Below, piece after piece: positions 19,596 to 26,289 of a stretch of 64,000 nt of DNA. Source of the DNA: Alphaproteobacteria bacterium. Lineage in GTDB: Bacteria; Pseudomonadota; Alphaproteobacteria; Micavibrionales; UBA2020. The stretch lies in contig SCTB01000050.1 of NCBI GenBank assembly GCA_004297545.1, positions 5,138 to 69,137 of the forward strand. The letters run 5' to 3'. Numbering within the stretch: the stretch's first letter is position 1; each line of letters starts with the position of its first letter. A model generated the notes under the pieces. The model was not told the origin of the DNA. It made no database searches and saw only the letters and a list, made by a program, of their open reading frames with translations. Made by a program: the position numbers and the translations under genes.

Positions 19596-21300
19596 GCGCT
19601 TTTCCTTCTTCGATATCTCTTAAATACATGCTCATGTCGCGCGTGATGTCGCGCGTTTCCAGGTCGGGCGCCATGTGGTAAAGCGGCCCCAGCTGCGAAA
19701 TGACCGAGGCCACCACGGGCGCCGCGGTCCAGCCCCCTGTCGCGAAGCCCTTGCTTTCGGGTATCCCCTGCGGCTCGTCCAGCATCGCCAGCACTGCATA
19801 GCGCGGGTTGTCGATGGGGAAGACGCCGATAAAGGAGGACAGGAGCGAATTCTCTTCGTACCTGCCGTCCTTGTTCTTCTCTGCCGTGCCGGTCTTGCCG
19901 CCGACGTTGTAGCCTTCGACGTAGGCCTTCTCGCCGGTGCCGCCGGCCACGACCAGTTCGAGGAGCTGGCGTATCTGCTGCGAGGTCTGCGGCTTGATCA
20001 CGCGCTCGCCGCCGGACTCCAGCGAGATCCGCGTTTTCTCCGGCTTCACGATGGTGGGCGTCACCAGCGTGCCGCCATTGACAAGGGCCGAGGCCGCGCG
20101 CATCAGATGCAGCGGCGACACGGCGACGCCGTGCCCGAAGGAGGCGGTCAGCGTGTTGATGGCGCGCCAGGGTTTCGGGTAGAGCGGGTTGCCGCGCTCG
20201 GGCAGTTCGACGGGCGCGGCTTCGAAAAAGCCCAGTCTCTCATAGAAATCCTTCAATCCGGAGGGGCCCAGCGCCGTCGCCATCTTGGCGGTGCCGATGT
20301 TGGAGGAATAGATGAAAATCTCCGGCACGCTCAGCACGCGCTTCTTGGCGTGATAGTCGTTGATGGTGAAGCGGCCGTAATGAATGGGCTCGGACGCGTC
20401 AAACCTCGACCCGAAATGCACCTCGCCGGAATCGAGCGCGGCCGCGGTCGAAAACAGCTTGAAGGTCGATCCCATCTCGAAAACGCCGAGAGTCGCGCGG
20501 TTGAACCTTGCGTCGTCGGGCGCGTCGCCGGGGTGCAGCGGGTCGAAATCGGGCAGCGATACCATCGCGATGATCTCGCCCGTGTTGACGTCCATCACCA
20601 TGCCGACGCCGGCTTTCGCGTGGAATTTCCTGACCGAATCCTCCAGCTCGCGGTGCAGCAGGTGCTGCACGCGCAGGTCGATGGTCAGCTGCACGGGCTT
20701 CGCGCCTTCCGTCAGCTGCTTGTCGAAGGATTTTTCGATGCCAGCGATGCCGTTGCCGTCCACGTCGGTGTAACCCGTGATATGCGCGGCAAGCTCCGCG
20801 TTCGGGTAGATGCGGCGGTCCTCGTCCTGGAAGCCGAGGTCGGGGTGGCCGAGCGCGTTGATCGCGTATTCCTGCTTGGGCGTGATGTTGCGCGCGATCC
20901 AGACGAAATGCTTGCCGGACGACAGGCGCTTTTGTATTTCCGCCGCATCCTCGTCCTGCAGGATGGCTGCGAGTTCTTTTGCTTCCTGCTCCGCGTTCTC
21001 GGTGATCGTCGCGTCGGCATAGAGCGAGGGCATGGAGAGCGAGGTGGCCATCAGTTCCCCGTTGCGGTCGACAATGGCGCCGCGCAGGGGCCGGGTCAGC
21101 GGGCGCACGTCTTCGGCCTTGGCGATCTCCGCCTGGGGCTTGGAGCGCAGGAGCGTCAGGTCCGCTGCGCGCAGCGTAATGGCAAGATAACCCAGCAGGA
21201 AAGCGCCCGCCACCATGACAAGGCGCGACTTGGCCTGCGAGAGAAGCGGCGAGGGCGTGCCCGGAAGGTTCGAATAGTCATGCGGGTGCATATCGGCCAT
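19570..21300 (-). CDS. ftsI: peptidoglycan D,D-transpeptidase FtsI (PBP3)
   Basis: An N-terminal TM segment, a PBP dimerisation domain, and transpeptidase motifs STFK, SSN and KTGT. Confidence 0.96.
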   Translation of the reverse strand: MADMHPHDYSNLPGTPSPLLSQAKSRLVMVAGAFLLGYLAITLRAADLTLLRSKPQAEIAKAEDVRPLTRPLRGAIVDRNGELMATSLSMPSLYADATITENAEQEAKELAAILQDEDAAEIQKRLSSGKHFVWIARNITPKQEYAINALGHPDLGFQDEDRRIYPNAELAAHITGYTDVDGNGIAGIEKSFDKQLTEGAKPVQLTIDLRVQHLLHRELEDSVRKFHAKAGVGMVMDVNTGEIIAMVSLPDFDPLHPGDAPDDARFNRATLGVFEMGSTFKLFSTAAALDSGEVHFGSRFDASEPIHYGRFTINDYHAKKRVLSVPEIFIYSSNIGTAKMATALGPSGLKDFYERLGFFEAAPVELPERGNPLYPKPWRAINTLTASFGHGVAVSPLHLMRAASALVNGGTLVTPTIVKPEKTRISLESGGERVIKPQTSQQIRQLLELVVAGGTGEKAYVEGYNVGGKTGTAEKNKDGRYEENSLLSSFIGVFPIDNPRYAVLAMLDEPQGIPESKGFATGGWTAAPVVASVISQLGPLYHMAPDLETRDITRDMSMYLRDIEEGKALASIGADR

Positions 21301-21301
21301 G

Positions 21302-21865
21302 TCAGCGCACCCCCAGGCTTTTCATCAGGTCGGTGAAACTGCGCGACTTGGCTCCCGATGCCGTGACCGGGGCGGCTTTTTTGACGGGCGCGGGCGGCGC
21401 TGCGGGCTTGCGGAATTTGACAATCGTTGCGGTTGGCGTCGCGGCAGGTTTTTCGGCAACCGGTTTTTCGGCCGGCGGCTTCTCCGCCGCGGGCTTTTCA
21501 GTTGTGGCGACGGGCAGAGGCTTCTGCGTTTCTTCCGCAACCGCCGCAACCGTCGCGACCGACGTTTCGGCCTGCGCCTCCGCTGCCGGCGCGGGCCGGG
21601 CGGGGAATTCTTCCAGCTTTGTGAACTGCCGGCCTTTCAGGGGCGCAAGGTCGAGGTACTGTTTCGAGAGTTTTTCAAGGCGGTCGGGCTGGTTCAGGTA
21701 GCTCCATTCCGCCTGCAGCACGCGGATGCTTTCTTCTTCCTTGCGCGCGTCCTGGCTTAAGCCGGCCAGTTTCGCGCGGCCGTCTGTCACCTGCTGGCTG
21801 GTGTGGAACAAAACGGCGGAGCAGATGGCGGCCAGCGCCAGCCAGAGTATCGTCATCCTGCGCAT
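21302..21865 (-). CDS. ftsL: alpha-type cell division protein FtsL with a Pro/Ala/Glu/Lys-rich C-terminal extension
   Basis: A single TM segment (ILWLALAAICSAVLF), a coiled-coil segment, and EKLSKQYLDLAPL. It sits between rsmH and ftsI. Confidence 0.85.
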   Translation of the reverse strand: MRRMTILWLALAAICSAVLFHTSQQVTDGRAKLAGLSQDARKEEESIRVLQAEWSYLNQPDRLEKLSKQYLDLAPLKGRQFTKLEEFPARPAPAAEAQAETSVATVAAVAEETQKPLPVATTEKPAAEKPPAEKPVAEKPAATPTATIVKFRKPAAPPAPVKKAAPVTASGAKSRSFTDLMKSLGVR

Positions 21866-22887
21866 GCGCCCTCCATTGCCGGTGCCGACGTGCGGATGGC
21901 CCAGCGCAGCCGCGCGGAGCGCGAGCGCGGGTTCCGTGATACTTCTTCGCCAGACGGCGCGACGCCGCTATTGCGCTCGATGCTGAAGCTGGCCGCCGCG
22001 GCGTCTTTGGACGGCGGCAGGTGGCGCGAAACATTCGGCGTGCGTCCCGCGCGGTCTTTCAGGAAATTCTTCACGCGCCAGTCCTCCAGCGAATGGAAGG
22101 ACACGACGACAAGCCGGCCGTCGGGGGCCAGCACCTGTTCGGCCGCCGCCAGCGCGCGGTCGAGCTCGCCCAGCTCGTCGTTGACGTAGATGCGCAGGGC
22201 CTGGAAGGTGCGCGTGGCCGTATCCGTCTTCATGCCGCCGTGCATGGGCAAAACGCTGTGCACGATTTTCGCCAGTTCCTTCGTGGTTTCGATGGGTTTT
22301 TCGCGGCGCGCCTCGACGATGCGCTTTGCGATGCGGCGCGAGGCGCGTTCTTCCCCGCAGGTGAAGATGATATCGGCCAGTTCCGCTTCGGACGCCTTGT
22401 TCACGACGTCTTTCGCGCTCGGGCCCTCCGCGCTCATGCGCATGTCGAGCGGCCCGTCGGACTGGAACGAAAACCCGCGCTGCGGCGTGGCGAGCTGAAT
22501 GGAAGAAACGCCGAGGTCGAGCACCAGCCCGTCGATATGCGTCACGCCGCTCGCCTGCAGAATTTCCGCGACGCTGCCGAAGCATCCGTGTTTCGGGATC
22601 AGGCGGCCCGGATAATTCGTTGCCATCGCAACGGCGCGCGCATAGGCCTCGGGGTCGCGGTCGATCGCATAGACGGTGCAGTCCGCGGCATCGAGGATCG
22701 CGCCCGTGTATCCGCCCGCGCCGAAGGTGCCGTCGACGTAAATGCCGCCGTCCTTCGGCGCAAGCGCATCCAGCACTTCGCCCAGCATCACCGGAATATG
22801 CGCGCGTGTGTCGCTGTTGCGATTTTTACGTTCGGGAGACATGCCCAGTTTTCGTGCCCAGCCCCTGTGCCATCCGGAATGAAGCAT
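21853..22887 (-). CDS. rsmH: 16S rRNA (cytosine1402-N4)-methyltransferase RsmH
   Basis: HIPVMLGEVL, DGTFGAGGYT, SFHSLEDW. An alternative ATG at 22842 (MSPERKN...) is equally plausible. Confidence 0.93.
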   Translation of the reverse strand: MLHSGWHRGWARKLGMSPERKNRNSDTRAHIPVMLGEVLDALAPKDGGIYVDGTFGAGGYTGAILDAADCTVYAIDRDPEAYARAVAMATNYPGRLIPKHGCFGSVAEILQASGVTHIDGLVLDLGVSSIQLATPQRGFSFQSDGPLDMRMSAEGPSAKDVVNKASEAELADIIFTCGEERASRRIAKRIVEARREKPIETTKELAKIVHSVLPMHGGMKTDTATRTFQALRIYVNDELGELDRALAAAEQVLAPDGRLVVVSFHSLEDWRVKNFLKDRAGRTPNVSRHLPPSKDAAAASFSIERNSGVAPSGEEVSRNPRSRSARLRWAIRTSAPAMEGACAG

Positions 22888-22972
22888 TTCCGTCGGCGGA
22901 TTCTGTTATTCTTTTTCGTCAAACCGACAGGCACACCGCCCTCGAAAAACCTGTCGTATCCAACCCATTTTT

Positions 22973-23001
22973 AATGTACACGCGGGACGCGAATCCGTCA
23001 A
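22973..23001 (-). promoter_or_regulatory. putative promoter of the dcw operon (TTGACG-17 nt-TACATT)
   Basis: Minus-strand TTGACG (plus-strand cgtcaa at 22996-23001), a 17-nt spacer, and TACATT (plus-strand aatgta at 22973-22978), upstream of rsmH. Confidence 0.3.
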
Positions 23002-23105
23002 CGCCGCGAGGCGAAGAAAAGCTTGATTTCTCTCTGGTTTTCGGCGAAGCCGTCCCGGAGGAGGGCTTGCACAAAATTTGCAAAATTCGGGCGCGCGACA
23101 GGAGC

Positions 23106-23435
23106 TCAGAGACTAAGGCTCTTCCCCGGCTTGTTCACCGGCGAAACGACATCCGGCAGCCCTGGCGGGTTGCCGCCCAGCTCGCAGAGCTTTTTGTGCA
23201 TGTCCGCGACCTCGTCCAGGCTGTCGAGCTCGCTGAATTTCTGGACCTGCATGCTCGAGGTCACGCTGCTGCTGTACCACATGGAATAGATGCTGGTGAC
23301 CTGCCGCGCCTTGAAGTTGAAGATGCGGCGCAGTTCGGGGTCCGCGCCCTTCTGGCGGGCGAAGTCATTGGTGACCGAAAGCGTATAATCATTCAGTTTT
23401 TCAAAGACTTCTTCGTTTTTTACGTCATCGGTCAT
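23106..23435 (-). CDS. hypothetical protein, paralog of the adjacent upstream gene
   Basis: 109 aa. It aligns with the 23432..23779 product (KLNDYTL/KLNDHTL, FNFKARQ/FNFLSRQ, LCELGGNPPGLPD/LVALGGKPPPLDE). The two genes overlap by 4 nt. Confidence 0.7.
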   Translation of the reverse strand: MTDDVKNEEVFEKLNDYTLSVTNDFARQKGADPELRRIFNFKARQVTSIYSMWYSSSVTSSMQVQKFSELDSLDEVADMHKKLCELGGNPPGLPDVVSPVNKPGKSLSL

Positions 23436-23779
23436 GGCATTCCTTTCGGGCTGGCCGGCGCCAGGCGCAGGCTTTTGCGGTCCAGAACTTCATCGAGCGG
23501 CGGGGGCTTTCCGCCCAGGGCGACCAGCGCGGCATGGGCCCTTGCGATCTCGCCTTCGCCCTCGATATCGCGAAAATTGTCAATGGTCGTGGACACGGCC
23601 AGGCTGTGTTGCTTGGCGGTCTTGCTCCACAGCACGAATTCGACCGTGGTCGTGCGCTGGCGCGACAGGAAATTGAACTCCCGGCAGATGCAGCTCTCCC
23701 GGAACCAGTCGGCGTCGTTCTTCGACACGATGGAGTCGCTTTCATAGAGCGTGTGGTCGTTCAGCTTCTGCTGGCTCAT
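23432..23779 (-). CDS. hypothetical protein, paralog of 23106..23435
   Basis: 115 aa with the same motif order as the downstream gene. I recognise no family. Confidence 0.7.
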   Translation of the reverse strand: MSQQKLNDHTLYESDSIVSKNDADWFRESCICREFNFLSRQRTTTVEFVLWSKTAKQHSLAVSTTIDNFRDIEGEGEIARAHAALVALGGKPPPLDEVLDRKSLRLAPASPKGMP

Positions 23780-23907
23780 GTAGTGGTATCCATAAACTTG
23801 CCGATGTTAACACCGACAAGTTAGGGGAAGGGGGTGGATATGTCAATGTGGGGGGGGGGTATGATTTTTCGTAATAAATATGAGAGTTCCCGGCTCTCCA
23901 TTTGTCT

Positions 23908-23938
23908 GTCATTCCCGCGCAAGCGGGAATCCCGTGAC
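23908..23938. repeat. REP-like palindromic element (GTCATTCCCGCGCAAGCGGGAATC...)
   Basis: A hairpin-forming unit, tcccgcgcaagcggga. It generates the spurious peptide motifs RLRGND / SFPRKRES in the ORF track. Confidence 0.8.
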
Positions 23939-23964
23939 AGTGGATGGCGGTGTTCGCCCCTCGA

Positions 23965-23988
23965 GATCCCCGCTTTCGCGGGGATGAC
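23965..23988. repeat. REP-like palindromic element, inverted partner of 23908
   Basis: The reverse complement of gatccccgctttcgcggggatgac is gtcatccccgcgaaagcggggatc, the same family as 23908. It gives the VIPAKAGI / IPAFAGMT pseudo-peptides. Confidence 0.8.
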
Positions 23989-24104
23989 AGAAGGGGGAGG
24001 GGGCGCTTTCAAACCCCTTCATGGGGCGCTGTGTGCATGCTCCTTGTGCGCTTTGTGACGCCTCCCGGCCTGCGCGGAACACGCATTTAACTGCGATGGC
24101 GCAA

Positions 24105-24175
24105 GCGTTTTCAGCGCTTTTGCACCGCTTTAAGGGCGCTTTTTAAAAAGCGGATAAAACGCTCTTAAGGCGTTG
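24105..24175. repeat. phased GCG(C)TTTT / AAAA(G)CG(C) units (~10-11 bp period) with a dyad centre near 24144/24145
   Basis: T-runs start at 24108, 24118, 24129 and 24140. A-runs start at 24145, 24156 and 24167. The centre is cgctttttaaaaagcg. Confidence 0.5.
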
Positions 24176-24244
24176 TAATACCGCAATAATATGCGTGCAG
24201 AGTTTGTGCGCTGATGCTGCGCCATCTGCGCTGAAACGCTTCTC

Positions 24245-24475
24245 TTACGCCGCCAGCAGCAATGGCGAGATGAAATCCGCGGTCTCTATAGCCGCTTCGT
24301 GCTTGCCGCAGCCGTTCGCGACCATGCCGTAAAGCGCGTTCATGTCGGGGGTTTCTTCCAGCTCCTCGGGCTCCGTAGGCAGTTCTTTCTGCGCGGTCTT
24401 CAGCGCGCGCCGCGACGCTGCAAGGACTTCGCGGATATCGCGGTTCCGTTGCGATGTGTCTGCTTTGGGTGTCAT
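24245..24475 (-). CDS. small acidic hypothetical protein (76 aa)
   Basis: The ATG at 24475 (MTPKADTSQ...) is preceded by GGAGGAAG. I recognise no family. Confidence 0.5.
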   Translation of the reverse strand: MTPKADTSQRNRDIREVLAASRRALKTAQKELPTEPEELEETPDMNALYGMVANGCGKHEAAIETADFISPLLLAA

Positions 24476-24506
24476 GGCTTCCTCCGTCAAAATTCATTTT
24501 TGAATA

Positions 24507-24683
24507 TCAGTCGGTCGCGCGGTCGCAGCATTCTTCTTCCTTCACGGTCAGCAGCGCAAAAATATCCGTTTCCGTCACGGCTGAATCACGGCGGTTGTCG
24601 CGCACGATGCGCATGCGCACGCGCGGCGCGAAAGGATGATGCAGCGGGGCGGGGCCGAATTGAAGCGCGTTATTCGTTTTCAT
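24507..24683 (-). CDS. possible small protein (58 aa, below the ORF-track cutoff)
   Basis: My translation is MKTNNALQFGPAPLHHPFAPRVRMRIVRDNRRDSAVTETDIFALLTVKEEECCDRATD. It has an ATG start, a weak AAGGA upstream, and lies 31 nt upstream of the 76-aa gene. Confidence 0.3.
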   Translation of the reverse strand: MKTNNALQFGPAPLHHPFAPRVRMRIVRDNRRDSAVTETDIFALLTVKEEECCDRATD

Positions 24684-24837
24684 TTTTTATCCTTTTCAAA
24701 AAATAAACTTCGCCTCCGCGCCCAAACGGCGCGGGAAATTTCAGTTCGAATCGGTTTGCGATCTATGCGTCAGAGAGTAGCGCGAAATGGTTACGATTTG
24801 ATTAATGCGAATATGCGAAATGATTTCGCCGAAAAGA

Positions 24838-25212
24838 AAAACCAGAGAGCCTGTAAGCCGGGTTCTGTCCGTTCTTGCGAACGGGGCAATCATTCATCTG
24901 GGACGATGATCGCTCATCGCCTCATGCGACCTACCCGGAAAGCGGGACTGAAAATATTCCCTGCAACCGAAGTTGCGTCGCTTTCCCTATTTGGCCTTGC
25001 TCCCGGTGGGGTTTTCCGTGCCGTTCCTGTTGCCAGCAACGCGGTGCGCTCTTACCGCACCTTTTCACCCTTACCGCATTTCTGCGGCGGTATATTTTCT
25101 GTGGCACTTTCCCTGGGGTCGCCCCCGCCGGATGTTATCCGGCACCGTATTTTCATGGAGCCCGGACTTTCCTCACGCTTTAAGCATGCGATTACCCGGC
25201 TCTCTGGTTTGA
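24838..25212 (-). ncRNA. rnpB: RNase P RNA, bacterial type A
   Basis: The reverse complement contains GAGGAAAGTCCGGGCTCCA, GGTAAGGGTGAAAAGGTGCGGTAAGAGCGCACC, GAGCAAGGCCAAATAGGG, CAGATGAATGA and ACAGAACCCGGCTTA. P1 pairs accagagagcc with ggctctctggt. The ends are approximate. Confidence 0.93.
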
Positions 25213-25277
25213 AAGGAAGATAATGCGGGACGCGAAATAAAGCAAGAAACATCGCGAAAAACCTGCCTATTCAGATG

Positions 25278-25458
25278 ATTAACGCGGAGGCCCGGAGACC
25301 CGGAGTTCTTTTTTCTGCACCCTCTCGGTCAAATCGAATGACGGTTATCAATCGCGGTCTCGACTTAATGCGCGCCTTGCGCGCGATCAAATGAAGTGGC
25401 CGGACAGAGCCAAGTTGCGATAGAAGAAAGAACTCCGGGTCTCCGGGCCTCCGCGTTA
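25278..25458. mobile_element. MITE-like element or long stem-loop with perfect 32-bp terminal inverted repeats
   Basis: ttaacgcggaggcccggagacccggagttctt (25278-25309) is the exact reverse complement of 25427-25458. A 117-nt interior carries a central gcgcgccttgcgcgc hairpin. There is no coding capacity. Confidence 0.6.
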
Positions 25459-25465
25459 AATTCTT

Positions 25466-26200
25466 TTACGCGGTTTTCGGCCGCAGCGCGAGGCGCTGTT
25501 TGTTGAGCGCCATCAGCCGCCGCAGCGTGTGAATCGTGACTTCGCCGGGGCGGTCCTCCGCGAAGACTTCGGGCTCGAAATGGCGCTGGAAGGCGGTCAC
25601 GACAGCCTTGAAATCGACGCGCGGATCATAGCCGTAGCGGTTCAGCAGTGAGCGCACTTCCTCGTCGCGGTCGCGAACGTCGTGTGAATCGGCTTCGATG
25701 GATTCTGTCACGTTCGGCCATAAACCAACCCCGGCACCCGCAAGTCTTCCCCACGGAAAAAATTCGCCGGGATCCATTTTGCGCTCGGGTGCGATGTCGG
25801 AATGCGCCAGCACGTGATAGGGCAGGATTTTGTTGCGCGCGATAATCTCGCGGCACAGGTTCGTCACGGCCCTGATCTGATCTTCCGGGAAAGCGACATA
25901 GCCGTTGGTGTGTCCGGGATTTTGAATCTCGATGCCGATGGAGACGGAATTGATATCCGTCTCGCCCTGCCAGTACGACTTGCCCGCGTGCCACGCGCGC
26001 ATCTCTTCCGGCACGAGGCGCATGATGTGGCCGTCGTCGTTGACGAAATAATGCGAGCTCACCCTGCGCTCCTCGCTCTGCAGAATTTTCAGAGCCTCGA
26101 AGCCGGTCACCGTGTCGGTGTAATGCAAGATCAGCAGCGACGGCTTCTTGCCGTCGGCGCGGTCGTTGAAATTCGGCGAGGGCGCGTCGGAAATCATCAT
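25466..26200 (-). CDS. N-acetylmuramoyl-L-alanine amidase (Amidase_2, AmpD/AmiD-like) with a C-terminal PG-binding-like segment
   Basis: PSPNFNDR, LILHYT, RAWHAG, SIGIEIQN, HSDIAPERKMDPGEFFPW. The C-terminal LLNRYGYD...VVTAFQRHF resembles PG_binding_1. Confidence 0.9.
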   Translation of the reverse strand: MMISDAPSPNFNDRADGKKPSLLILHYTDTVTGFEALKILQSEERRVSSHYFVNDDGHIMRLVPEEMRAWHAGKSYWQGETDINSVSIGIEIQNPGHTNGYVAFPEDQIRAVTNLCREIIARNKILPYHVLAHSDIAPERKMDPGEFFPWGRLAGAGVGLWPNVTESIEADSHDVRDRDEEVRSLLNRYGYDPRVDFKAVVTAFQRHFEPEVFAEDRPGEVTIHTLRRLMALNKQRLALRPKTA

Positions 26201-26289
26201 CCCCCGATTATTCCCGAGTTGTTATAAAAAATCCATTCCAAAAGCTATTCTTTCATCAATTCGTGTAGAATGGGGGCCGGGGAAGGGAT

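Noticed and set aside
21302-21600. AEKP-type low-complexity repeats in the FtsL tail, the Q/P linker of FtsZ (about 4950-5030), and the RD/RG-rich tail of the DEAD-box helicase (59885-60150)
   Set aside because: Low-complexity linkers and tails are common in these protein families in alphaproteobacteria, so I do not consider them noteworthy on their own.
22888-23105. Search for a degraded mraZ upstream of rsmH
   Set aside because: Only about 220 bp is available, there is no open frame, and no MraZ-like motif appears in any frame by eye. I treat this as absence rather than a pseudogene.
23821-24058. ORFs 23821..24012 (-) and 23834..24058 (+) encoding VIPAKAGI, RLRGNDR, SFPRKRES and IPAFAGMT peptides
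   Set aside because: These peptides are the known translation artefacts of REP-like palindromes, and both strands are open only because of the repeats.
25495-25502. Apparent extra T in the T-run near 25498-25501, which by my manual count would frameshift the C-terminus of the amidase 25466..26200
   Set aside because: The computed ORF track shows an uninterrupted 244-aa frame ending ...NKQRLALRPKTA with self-consistent coordinates. This is most likely my miscount of a homopolymer across the line break. Coordinates I derived by hand nearby may be off by 1.
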